Below are positions 11,677 to 21,852 of a DNA stretch of 33,137 nucleotides, piece by piece (position 1 is the first letter of the stretch; the number at the start of each line of letters is the position of its first letter). The stretch comes from an archaeon (lineage in GTDB: Archaea > Nanobdellota > Nanobdellia > Woesearchaeales > UBA9642). The notes under the pieces were generated by a model. The model was not told the DNA's origin, made no database searches, and saw only the letters and a list, made by a program, of their open reading frames with translations. The translations under genes and the position numbers were made by a program. The DNA is taken from positions 1-33,137 of the forward strand of contig JAZDHK010000015.1 in assembly GCA_043806035.1 (NCBI GenBank), in the 5' to 3' direction.

Positions 11677-11826
11677 TGGACCCGGCGGGACTTTCACCAA
11701 ATAAGCCCATCTCCTCGTGGGCTTGAGCTTTTGCGAAACCCACGCGTGTCAACTGAGCTCAGTTGTTTTGAACCCGCAGCCTCCCGCTTGCAAAGCGGAC
11801 GCTCTACCAGGTTGAGCTACAGGCCC
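11677..11826 (-). tRNA. tRNA-Ala(UGC) with 76-nt intron in the T-loop
   Basis: GGGCCTG/CGGGTCC acceptor stem with G3:U70, anticodon arm TCCGC-TTTGCAA-GCGGG, and T-stem GCGGG/CCCGC split by an insert. CCA is not encoded. Confidence 0.93.
11691..11766 (-). other. archaeal bulge-helix-bulge tRNA intron at position 59/60
   Basis: Central helix TTCA/TGAA with 3-nt bulges AAA and AGT, flanked by the T-stem and a C-G pair. Standard cleavage restores the T-loop TTCAAAT. Confidence 0.88.
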
Positions 11827-11905
11827 ATTCTGAAAATAAAGGAGAAAGAAGGCAAAAGATTGCAAAATTGCATTTTTCTTCCCATCGTGAGATGAAAAGA
11901 AAAAA

Positions 11906-13366
<1,461 letters not shown>

Positions 13367-13578
13367 TGTGCTCAGCACTGCTGAGACTTAGAATGCATAC
13401 TGTCATATATGCTGAATCCTGAGGTCGCAAACTTAAAGGTTTCTTAAGGTTTAAATTAGCCTTCTTTCCCCATACTTGAAAATGACTTCAAGCATGACAC
13501 TTCCCTAATCTTCCACGAGTGTGGTTGTAATGATCGGTTTTAGGTGCTGATTTGTGTTTTTTGAGGAACTGCGGGTTG

Positions 13579-13592
13579 TTTATAAAGTTTTC
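13579..13592 (-). promoter_or_regulatory. putative rRNA operon promoter (BRE/TATA)
   Basis: Minus strand reads GAAAACTTTATAAA about 210 nt upstream of the 16S 5' end. Confidence 0.55.
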
Positions 13593-13718
13593 CATCGGAG
13601 AAAAAAGAAGGCAATTCCCGAAAACAACGTCGCTGCAACATGTGTAGTCATCAGAATATCCTTCGTTACGAACCGCAATAACAAAAACATATATAAATAC
13701 TCTTTATTGTGATGCTGT

Positions 13719-14981
13719 ATGACCGAACTTGAGCTCTTCCTGAGGCTGCTTCTCGCGATAGGCCTCGGTTGCCTCATCGGTATCGAGCGGGAGAAATTTG
13801 CGAAGAAGCGGGACAAGTACGTCTTTGGAGGAATACGAACATTTGCGCTCATCGCCCTGCTCGGCGCGGTGTCGAGCATCTTCGCAATTGAGCAGAACAA
13901 CTGGGCGCTCATCCTGTCATTCTCCGCACTTACCGTCTTCCTCGCCGTCAGTTATTATCATTCCGTAAACTTCAGCAATGGAAAAGGCATCGGCATAACG
14001 GGGGAGATCGCTGCGCTCCTGACGTTCCTTGCAGGATACCTGGTATTCACTGAACACGTCCTCCTGACTGTCGCTTTCGCCATTCTCACGACCGCATTCC
14101 TCTACTCAAGAGAGAAACTCCATGCCTTGCTCAGAAAAATAAGCGAGCAGGAAGTATACAGCACCCTCGTCTTCGCACTTATCGCGTTAGTTATTTTGCC
14201 GTTCCTGCCCGACCAGGCGTATGGACCTTTCAGCGTCTTTAACCCGCATCAGATTTGGCTCATGGTAGTGCTGTTCTGCGCAATAGGTTACGTGGGCTAT
14301 TTCCTGATGAAAATATTTGGTTCAAAAAAAGGTATCGTGCTGACGGGTGTTCTTGGAGGGATTGTGTCGAGCACTGCAGTCACCATGACCATGGCATCGA
14401 AATCGAGGACGGAAAAGGACGCGAATGTAAGGAACATGCTCGTCTTCGGCACGCTGCTTGCAAACACAGTCATGTTCGTCAGGGTCGCTATCATCGTATT
14501 CATCGTCAATAAAACACTGCTCTTTGCACTCTGGCCCGCGCTGCTCGTCATGACCATTGTCGGGCTCATAGCAGTAGGCATCATCTGGGTCTCCACGGCA
14601 AGAACAAAAACAGTGATGAAAGTGGAGCACAAGAGCCCGTTCAGCATAAGCACTGCAGTAAAGTTTGGCCTGCTGTTCGCTATTGTCTTGTTCCTGCTCA
14701 AGCTTGCCCAGACATATTTCGGCAACACGGGTGTATACATCGCCAGCATCCTCTCCGGGTTTGCCGATGTGGATGCCGTCACTCTGTCCATGTCGACCAT
14801 CGCAGGCTCGAGCATCATCGCCAGCATCGCAGCAATTGCCATTATTCTTGCCGTCGCCAGCAACACCATCATCAAGCTCGGCTACTCGTACATCTTCGGC
14901 TCAAAAGAATTCGCGAGAAAACTTGCCATAACCATGCTCATCATGGTCGTGCTCGGATTGCTGACGGCGTTCTTGCTCTAA
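13719..14981 (+). CDS. MgtC/SapB family membrane protein with DUF4010 domain
   Basis: RLLLAIGLGCLIGIERE..GGIRTF, GITGE, LPFLPD..YGPF..FNP..IW, GGIVSSTAVT and SGFADVDA motifs; polytopic. Confidence 0.9.
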   Translation: MTELELFLRLLLAIGLGCLIGIEREKFAKKRDKYVFGGIRTFALIALLGAVSSIFAIEQNNWALILSFSALTVFLAVSYYHSVNFSNGKGIGITGEIAALLTFLAGYLVFTEHVLLTVAFAILTTAFLYSREKLHALLRKISEQEVYSTLVFALIALVILPFLPDQAYGPFSVFNPHQIWLMVVLFCAIGYVGYFLMKIFGSKKGIVLTGVLGGIVSSTAVTMTMASKSRTEKDANVRNMLVFGTLLANTVMFVRVAIIVFIVNKTLLFALWPALLVMTIVGLIAVGIIWVSTARTKTVMKVEHKSPFSISTAVKFGLLFAIVLFLLKLAQTYFGNTGVYIASILSGFADVDAVTLSMSTIAGSSIIASIAAIAIILAVASNTIIKLGYSYIFGSKEFARKLAITMLIMVVLGLLTAFLL

Positions 14982-14984
14982 GAA

Positions 14985-15311
14985 CTATGTCTTTCTCACG
15001 ACCCATTCTCTCGTGATCCACTTCTTCACGAGCGCCTCTTCAAGATCTACGTCCATGACTGAAGCGATCGCGAACACCAGGCCGGTGACGTCAGCCAATT
15101 CTTTTGTGAACGCTCGCTTGGATTCCTCAGCAGAAAGATATTTCTCCGGTCGGCACCTCTTCTTGTGGACGATGTACGACTGCATCAGCTCGCCAAGCTC
15201 CTCGGTTATCTTCATCATCAAATAATCATCGCTGAGCGCTATCTTATCCCGTTTAAGGTTGGAAAGAAATATGTTCGTTATCTGTTCCTGCAGTTCATTC
15301 AATTCCATCAT
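14985..15311 (-). CDS. MazG-like nucleotide pyrophosphohydrolase
   Basis: KITEELGEL ... KELADV ... VDLEEALVKKW. Confidence 0.85.
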   Translation of the reverse strand: MMELNELQEQITNIFLSNLKRDKIALSDDYLMMKITEELGELMQSYIVHKKRCRPEKYLSAEESKRAFTKELADVTGLVFAIASVMDVDLEEALVKKWITREWVVRKT

Positions 15312-15477
15312 ATCACTCCTTGTTTACCGCATTTGCAGAATGACCATTATTAAACTTTATGGAAGCAATCACTAGTGCAGCATAGTGCCGCAAAAGAAAA
15401 CTATGGGCGTGCTTATCAAAATATTTTTATACTGTATCCATTCTAGAGTCAAAAAAAGAGTTGAGGGGAGTGCAAGC

Positions 15478-15855
15478 ATGAGATTTACACCACAGATGAT
15501 GTCGCTAGGCTGCGTCACCAGCCTCGTAAGTTTGGGAGCATTGGTCAGCGGAATCTACCAGGGAATAGCGGATGCGAAGGGCGTGCCTATCGATCCTTCG
15601 TTCAGGACAATGATAAAATACGGCCCTATCGCACTCAACGGGATTCTCGGCATTCCCATGGGCGTCGCGAATGCCAACGTGCCTGAGAACATTGACGAGA
15701 TAGTTCAATCCAACCCGTACGTTGACCGTGAACAGGCGGAAGGCTGTGCGAAAGGATGCTCGCCCATCATCACACCCATCATCGGTGCGGGAATAACGAC
15801 AGGAGTGGAATATCTTGGGTATCTTATCGGACAGGGCATAGGACATCACACGTGA
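15478..15855 (+). CDS. hypothetical Gly-rich membrane protein
   Basis: ATG 15478 after GAGGGG; several hydrophobic Gly-rich segments; GTGA overlap with the next gene. Confidence 0.6.
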   Translation: MRFTPQMMSLGCVTSLVSLGALVSGIYQGIADAKGVPIDPSFRTMIKYGPIALNGILGIPMGVANANVPENIDEIVQSNPYVDREQAEGCAKGCSPIITPIIGAGITTGVEYLGYLIGQGIGHHT

Positions 15856-16121
15856 AGCGCATGCTTGAAAAGACGATCGGCAAGCTGGAACTTCTGGCAA
15901 TCCACGCGTACAGGACGATAAGCCATCCCCTGTATGCAACGCTGGACAAAGCGCACCTGCATGTCTTCAAATGTCGCTACGAGCCATCCTGCTCACAATA
16001 TGCAGAAGATGCGATAAAGGAATGGGGTGCGTACAAGGGAACGGTTCTGGGGTTCAAGCGCATCTTGCGCTGCAGCCCATCTGGTGGGCACGGGTATGAT
16101 CCTGTTCCAAAAAAGAACTAA
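15852..16121 (+). CDS. yidD: YidD-like membrane protein insertion efficiency factor (haemolytic domain)
   Basis: YRTISHP ... [19 protein letters not shown]......RILRCSP...HGYDPVP. Confidence 0.88.
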   Translation: MKRMLEKTIGKLELLAIHAYRTISHPLYATLDKAHLHVFKCRYEPSCSQYAEDAIKEWGAYKGTVLGFKRILRCSPSGGHGYDPVPKKN

Positions 16122-16133
16122 CCGTGGCACAGC

Positions 16134-16922
16134 TTACTGAGAAAGAGAACACAGTGTGCGTTGCACATCTTTCATCGTCGGCCTGTCCTGATAGCGAGGG
16201 GAGAGCATACCATTGACTAAAGACACGAGCTGCGGGATGCGCATCTTTCCTGCAGGTCCTTTCTCCAAGAACTTCTTTTCCTTGAAATAGAATCCTTCGA
16301 ATTCTCCAGCAGTGTACTCGAGATAGGGCGAGATACCCTTATCCATGAAGTAGATGACCACGCCCAACCCGAAAATGTCATTCTCAGACATGTTCTCATT
16401 AGCACGCATCTGCAATGAACGATATCCTGGCGTTGCATTGACAAATCCTTTTTCATCAAAACGCATGACACTGTCAAAGTCGACGATTTTCGGGCGTTTG
16501 CCCATGACGATGTTGTGCGGCTTGAGATCATTATGGATGAATCCTTTCCCGTGCAGGTATGCCGTGGCGTCAGCAAGCTGCGCTGCTGCAGCGATAATCT
16601 CATCCGGTGTCATCTCTCGTCCTTGGCGATAGCAGTGCAAATTCTCTCCGTCGATGAATTCAAGGACGGCGTAGGCATGCGCTCTGGCGAACAGATGCTT
16701 CGGATAGCGCAATGCCGTGACGTCGTGCAATTGCACGATGTTCGGATGGTCGAGCAAGGGCAGAACGTCTGCTTCATGACTGTGCTCGTCCTGTTTCTTG
16801 AGCATGAACTTTCTCTTTTCAGCCACTGCGACGAGTAAGGAGTCTTGTTTTGCTATGACTGTATATCTGTCTGTCGAAGAATGTTTTTTGAAAAGCTGTG
16901 GACATTGCGCAACGAAGTTCAT
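16134..16922 (-). CDS. Hanks-type Ser/Thr protein kinase
   Basis: LDHPNIVQL, VLEFIDG, YLH..GFIHNDLKPHNI, DFD (DFG variant), ATPGY, DIFGLG and DRPT motifs. Confidence 0.9.
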   Translation of the reverse strand: MNFVAQCPQLFKKHSSTDRYTVIAKQDSLLVAVAEKRKFMLKKQDEHSHEADVLPLLDHPNIVQLHDVTALRYPKHLFARAHAYAVLEFIDGENLHCYRQGREMTPDEIIAAAAQLADATAYLHGKGFIHNDLKPHNIVMGKRPKIVDFDSVMRFDEKGFVNATPGYRSLQMRANENMSENDIFGLGVVIYFMDKGISPYLEYTAGEFEGFYFKEKKFLEKGPAGKMRIPQLVSLVNGMLSPRYQDRPTMKDVQRTLCSLSQ

Positions 16923-16934
16923 GATGCTTATTCC

Positions 16935-17615
16935 TCAATCATCTGAACTAGAGTCGTTATCCGTATCACTGTCGTTCTCTTCATCTTCGATCTGGTCGAG
17001 GATGCCGACGATGCCTGCCAGCACGCGATTATCGAGCGTCTTCTTTCTATTACTCACGTGATACGTGTCAGGCATGAGTGATGTACATTCTATCCTGGAA
17101 ATCACTTCTCCTGTGCTCGGATCGCGAACATCAAAATATTTCCAGAGTGAAGAATTCCAGAAAGCGAAAGGATCCTGCTTGAGAACACCTACCGTTTTTC
17201 CTTGCGGATTTTTGATATCCATGACAAAACCGCCGAAATTGAAGAATGATTTCCCCAATCTGTGGTCCACAGTTGCAAGCACGTTGCCTGTTTCGTCATA
17301 CACGACCATATCATAGCCCCAACTCAACAATTTTGTGTTGATGTGTCCGAGATATTTATCTGCAGAAAGATTTGTCTCTCGTGTCAACGAAAAAAATCTT
17401 GTCCGCATATCGCCAACGTCATAATTATTGCCTGTTGTAAGGTCGTACATCATCGGTATGGAGAACATCCTCTCGCGAACGCCAAAATTTTCAGCCTCGA
17501 GAAAAGGGGGCGCGTAATCACCAGGTCCTGGCTTTTGCGGTGATGGGCTGCACCCGCCGTAGAGTAGTGCAGCTGCGATGAGACCGATTGCCGTGGGTAT
17601 TGTGGATCGTGTCAT
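16935..17615 (-). CDS. LURP-one/scramblase-like putative lipoprotein
   Basis: Signal peptide ending LLYGG-C; repeated beta motifs (VYDETGNVLATV, IKNPQGKTVGVL, VRDPSTGEVISRI) and a C-terminal helix LDNRVLAGIVGILD; acidic tail. Confidence 0.6.
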   Translation of the reverse strand: MTRSTIPTAIGLIAAALLYGGCSPSPQKPGPGDYAPPFLEAENFGVRERMFSIPMMYDLTTGNNYDVGDMRTRFFSLTRETNLSADKYLGHINTKLLSWGYDMVVYDETGNVLATVDHRLGKSFFNFGGFVMDIKNPQGKTVGVLKQDPFAFWNSSLWKYFDVRDPSTGEVISRIECTSLMPDTYHVSNRKKTLDNRVLAGIVGILDQIEDEENDSDTDNDSSSDD

Positions 17616-17673
17616 GCATATAGAAATCACTCACCTCTATATAAATGTTATTATTTTTATTACCTAACAGTAG

Positions 17674-17955
17674 TTAATTTTTTGAATGCTGGAACTCGCC
17701 GTCATAGAACAACTGCTGCGCTGCATGATGGCATGCTTCGTCGATGAAATACTTCGTTTCAGCTTCTCTTCCCGCAATCTGCTCGTGCTGCGTCAGAACA
17801 ATAACATTTCCCTCGACGGACTGCAAGCAGAAATAGCAGGCATGCCCATCAGCGGGCTGCACGACCGCATCTATTGTATTCTCCATGATGCTCTTGCGTA
17901 GCTGTGCACGTGTCTCCTCGTAGGAAAGGCCGATACTGATTTTTTGTTTCATCAT
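17674..17955 (-). CDS. small hypothetical protein, possible zinc binder
   Basis: ATG 17955 lies 13 nt after the upstream stop; CYFC ... ACHH. Confidence 0.55.
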   Translation of the reverse strand: MMKQKISIGLSYEETRAQLRKSIMENTIDAVVQPADGHACYFCLQSVEGNVIVLTQHEQIAGREAETKYFIDEACHHAAQQLFYDGEFQHSKN

Positions 17956-17968
17956 ATACACGCACCAT

Positions 17969-19432
17969 TCATCGCACCACCACCTCTGTAGGATGATGGG
18001 ACAACAATAAATATAATGCAACGCCGCAGCAGTCCGCAGTCAGCCCACCCTCAACAAGATTGCGGTGCACGTCGCCGCGCACGGCAAGGTAGGCATCACG
18101 CACTCGTTCAGAAAGGTCACGTTCTGGTTCCGATGCCAGCAGTGAATACATGCGTTGAATGGTTGGGAAAGCATGGACGAATTCTGCATTGTGCAGTCTA
18201 CTAACTGGCCTATCTGCCGCTGTGAGTTCTGCAGCATAAAAGTCAAAAACGTTTGCTGCGCCATGATCCTCGACGACACGGTCAGCATATGCTGATAGAT
18301 CATGGGCAAGTCGCTTCAATGCAACAAGATGTTGCACATCTCGTGCAGTGGTCTGTCGCATGACGTCAGCAGTTTTTTGCAGGATTTCCTCGACGGTGCT
18401 GTTTCGCTCTTTGTCGTAGTGCATCTGGGCGACAATAATGGGAGTGAGCATCTCAATCATGCCGTGATTGACCCTACCGCCATCCCTGTTGCGCTTGCTG
18501 TCGAGCTGTGCGCGCTCGGCAAGATCATACAAGAGTGGTTGCGTATCGCTGTCTTGCACCCGTTTGGCGAGTTCAGCAAAAGCGTCACCAACATTAATCG
18601 CACCAGCAATGAAGTACTCGAGCTTGAGATATTTACTACAATTCCTGCTTCTCGTCGTGCAGCCTGGTTTTTCAGAAAGCGGTTCAAGGGCAAGTGCGAG
18701 CTGGACGTCACGACGGACAGCGTCAGGAGTCCTATATGCGTTTTGCCTGTTTGCCAGATCTGTTATCTGCTTTTGTTCTTGTGTGGGCTGCGTTTGTTCG
18801 TTTTCGAAAATGCCACTCCTGTAGAGGTCATCGATGAGCCGTTGGAAATGAGGGTGCGCATCAACGACTAATTGCTTCACTTCGCTTTTTGTCAAGGGGC
18901 GCTTCTCGCCATTCCGTTCATTGACTCGTGTGCTTGCGGCATCATAATAATCTGCAAGCGAGAGCAGCATGGCATAAAAGTCAATCGTCTCTTTCGTTGC
19001 TTTGCTGTATGGCTGGCGAAAGTCGGGGAGTTTCTCAGGATATCCTTGTTCCTGATACACATGATGACGCACAACAACGTCCGCAGTAAAATCATGTTTT
19101 CCTTTTAGGAGCGTGAAAGAATGTTCGACGTGCTTTCGCATGGCCTGCATGTCCTCCTCTTGAAATCGTTCTGTCTTGGACAAGAGCTTTTTGTCAATGA
19201 ACATCTTTCCTATATCGTGCAGCAGTCCCGCGTAGAGCAGGGCTTTGCTGTCGAGGTGGAGATACTCGCCTATCGTCGAAGCGAGCAAGCCAACACGGAT
19301 GCTGTGTTCATAGAGCGCACGGTCCTTCTTAGATACCATCTCGAGAAAGGTCTGGAGTGATGCCTGTTGCTCCTCGCTTATTTTTTTGGCAACATATGCC
19401 TGTTTGAGTTTCTCTTCGAGCGGAGACGTCAT
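17969..19432 (-). CDS. HD-GYP domain fused to CitG-like (triphosphoribosyl-dephospho-CoA synthase) domain
   Basis: N-half: HSIRV, LLHDIGK, MRKH, HH....GYP, ADYYDA. C-half: LALALE...KPG, GRVNHG.IEMLTP, GLTAD....LYL. ATG 19432 follows a TTTATATA box. Confidence 0.8.
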   Translation of the reverse strand: MTSPLEEKLKQAYVAKKISEEQQASLQTFLEMVSKKDRALYEHSIRVGLLASTIGEYLHLDSKALLYAGLLHDIGKMFIDKKLLSKTERFQEEDMQAMRKHVEHSFTLLKGKHDFTADVVVRHHVYQEQGYPEKLPDFRQPYSKATKETIDFYAMLLSLADYYDAASTRVNERNGEKRPLTKSEVKQLVVDAHPHFQRLIDDLYRSGIFENEQTQPTQEQKQITDLANRQNAYRTPDAVRRDVQLALALEPLSEKPGCTTRSRNCSKYLKLEYFIAGAINVGDAFAELAKRVQDSDTQPLLYDLAERAQLDSKRNRDGGRVNHGMIEMLTPIIVAQMHYDKERNSTVEEILQKTADVMRQTTARDVQHLVALKRLAHDLSAYADRVVEDHGAANVFDFYAAELTAADRPVSRLHNAEFVHAFPTIQRMYSLLASEPERDLSERVRDAYLAVRGDVHRNLVEGGLTADCCGVALYLLLSHHPTEVVVR

Positions 19433-19530
19433 ACTGGTTCTGCTAAAGATGAACTCATATATAAATGCTTCCATTGTAACCACTAACGAGTAATTAAAAT
19501 AGAAAAGTTAATATAGTACGAAAACAAAAG

Positions 19531-20064
19531 ATGATCATGGACGATTATAGCGTGCAAGCAATCACTGGCGCAGACATCACTGCATCATTGGTGAGCGGAA
19601 CGCTCTATGACGAGTTACGCAAGCAGCCCGCAACGTGGGTAAGTGCACGGCAGCTCAAATCAGGTAATGGACTCATCATTTCCGATGGCTTCAGCAGATG
19701 CCAAGGCGTCGTTTTCTGTGATGGAATGACGGGGGCAATCGCGCACAATCATCCTGAGGAAGATCCATTCTACACAGTAACAGGAAGATGGGCTGGAGAA
19801 GGACGTGAAGATCCTCGCCATATCTTTTCAGATCTCACAAACGTGAAGGCAGTGCACGTTTATCACGAATCCAACTATGCCTATCCGAGAAACTGGATCG
19901 AGGATCCACTGAACGCGATGGGCATAACGGACATCCAGCACATTCCCATCAAGGCAAAAAACCTAGGACGCAATCATTGGCGACATCTCGTTCTCGATGC
20001 ACAACAGGGCCTGCTCTATGTTTTCCCAACTGACCATAAGCGAGGTCTGAAAATAAAAATCTAG
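19531..20064 (+). CDS. hypothetical protein with CheD/CNF1-like Cys-His motif
   Basis: IISDGFSRCQGVVFCDGMTGAIAHNH; BRE/TATA-like AAAAGTTAATATA upstream. Confidence 0.6.
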   Translation: MIMDDYSVQAITGADITASLVSGTLYDELRKQPATWVSARQLKSGNGLIISDGFSRCQGVVFCDGMTGAIAHNHPEEDPFYTVTGRWAGEGREDPRHIFSDLTNVKAVHVYHESNYAYPRNWIEDPLNAMGITDIQHIPIKAKNLGRNHWRHLVLDAQQGLLYVFPTDHKRGLKIKI

Positions 20065-20118
20065 TACGGCTCAACAGCAAAAGGTTTATCAAGCAGAACT
20101 GATTCTCTCTTTGCAGGG

Positions 20119-20916
20119 GTGACAGATATGAGCTTGCGTGGCATCATTTTCGACGTCGACGGCACTATTCTGGACACGATGCATCCGCAATTCACATGGT
20201 TGCAGTCCGTCGCAAAAAAATACAACGGTAGCTTTCCGTACACGTACGGTCCCGAATTTCTCAAAGAATACAATTCCTGGTATCAGGAAGGCGGCATGAA
20301 AGGACTCTACACGGCAATAGGCGTTGATTTCGAGAAGCACAAAGCGGACATCTGGCACGACTACAATTACTTCAACAACAGCCACGACATACAACCCGTC
20401 GAAGGCATAGTCGATGCCATAACCGAAATCCACCAGTCAACCCGTCCAGACCAGCACAAGCACACGGGCCTGAGACTGGGTCTGCACACCACAAAATCAT
20501 GGAAAGACATCGCCCTGCCCCTGCAAAAGGCAGGCATCCTCCACCTCTTCGACAGCATCGTCACAAAAGACGACATCTACCATCTGGCAACAAACGGGCT
20601 CCAACAAAAGAATGGCAACATCAAAGAACTCCTCCCTGAAGAATTCATCAAGCTGCTCGAAAAGCCGAACGGCTATGGGAGCATGCTTGCCGTGCAGCGA
20701 CTCTGCGTTCCCCCTGAAGAAGTCATTGCCATAGAGGATACGGTTACTGGACTGCTGGCATACGCGAACATCCCCTTCCCCGATGGAAACAAAAGAATGT
20801 ACACCATAGGGGTCACGTGGGGCTATCAAGGCTTTGCAGAGCTCATCACCGCACAGCCGAACGCCATCATCAATAATCCGAGCGAACTGGTTGCACTGGT
20901 GTATGCAAAATTTTGA
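20119..20916 (+). CDS. HAD-superfamily hydrolase (phosphoglycolate phosphatase-like)
   Basis: IIFDVDGTILDT, HTTK, EKP, IEDT and GVTWGY motifs. Confidence 0.88.
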   Translation: MTDMSLRGIIFDVDGTILDTMHPQFTWLQSVAKKYNGSFPYTYGPEFLKEYNSWYQEGGMKGLYTAIGVDFEKHKADIWHDYNYFNNSHDIQPVEGIVDAITEIHQSTRPDQHKHTGLRLGLHTTKSWKDIALPLQKAGILHLFDSIVTKDDIYHLATNGLQQKNGNIKELLPEEFIKLLEKPNGYGSMLAVQRLCVPPEEVIAIEDTVTGLLAYANIPFPDGNKRMYTIGVTWGYQGFAELITAQPNAIINNPSELVALVYAKF

Positions 20917-20925
20917 GGTGACAAT

Positions 20926-21339
20926 ATGGAAGAACAAACGACTGATGATCTGGCATTCGTACAAAGCCTAGAAGAAAAACTGCACAGCATCAAGGAATGC
21001 ACGTTCACGCCAAACCTGTCCGGCAAGCCTTTTGCAGTGGGCGTGGACCAATACACCGACAAGAAAATGACCTCTGTAGAGATGGAAACGCTGCTCGGCA
21101 TACTGGACAGGAACAGATTCGCATTCTACCCTATTAATACAGGCATGGGCTTCGCCGTCGGTTTCGAAATTGCCAATCCAAAAACAAGAGAGCGACTGCT
21201 CACGTTCAAGGAGGCGCAATTGCCAAAAAAATACACCTTTCAGAAACTGGCTAATTATTTCATGCGGCCAAGCAACCTGCAGCTGGCAAAAGAGATCAAC
21301 GTTACTATCATCAACGATCGCAGATATTATGACTATTGA
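20926..21339 (+). CDS. hypothetical protein
   Basis: 137-aa ORF with GAGGTGA SD, 9 nt after the HAD gene. Confidence 0.65.
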   Translation: MEEQTTDDLAFVQSLEEKLHSIKECTFTPNLSGKPFAVGVDQYTDKKMTSVEMETLLGILDRNRFAFYPINTGMGFAVGFEIANPKTRERLLTFKEAQLPKKYTFQKLANYFMRPSNLQLAKEINVTIINDRRYYDY

Positions 21340-21447
21340 TCACCAGCTCAGGTTCTTGCTGTGCGGACGTTTTCAACAAGGCCCTGGCTTGCACAAACTT
21401 TAAAAAGACAGCAGCAGACTATGCCCTGAAAGAGGTGTCGTTCATCC

Positions 21448-21852
21448 ATGAGGAAAGGGCAGAGTTATTCTCTTGACTTAATCGTCGCAGTCGTCATCTT
21501 CCTGGTCATCATTGCAGCGTTCTACACGTTCATCAACAAGGAACGAGATGCACCGACAAGAAAACTCCAGAGGAACGGCGAAATCATTGCGGTAAAGCTC
21601 GACGCGGGCGAGCGCCAGCACGCATTCTCTCTCATCTCCGAAGGCAGGCTCAACAAAACAGAGCTGGACAGGCTCTACAACAGCTCCTATGATGATCTCA
21701 AGCGGGAATTTGGGATAACGAGCGACTTCTGCATTTATCTAGAAGACTCCCGAGGAAAAATCATCGTTATTGGGAACAAAACGGGCATAGGCAATGAAAG
21801 CTTGAGCGTTGGCGGCGTGCAGTGCGGCCAACCATTTAATCCCGGATCCTGA
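21448..21852 (+). CDS. type IV pilin-like protein (class III signal peptide)
   Basis: MRKG|QSYSLDLIVAVVIFLVII: basic residues, GQ cleavage motif and hydrophobic stretch; GAGGTG SD. Confidence 0.7.
   Translation: MRKGQSYSLDLIVAVVIFLVIIAAFYTFINKERDAPTRKLQRNGEIIAVKLDAGERQHAFSLISEGRLNKTELDRLYNSSYDDLKREFGITSDFCIYLEDSRGKIIVIGNKTGIGNESLSVGGVQCGQPFNPGS

Noticed and set aside
14447-14462. Sigma-54-like site CGGCACGCTGCTTGCA
   Set aside because: It lies mid-CDS and is explained by the codons for GTLLA. I found no convincing intergenic site by eye.
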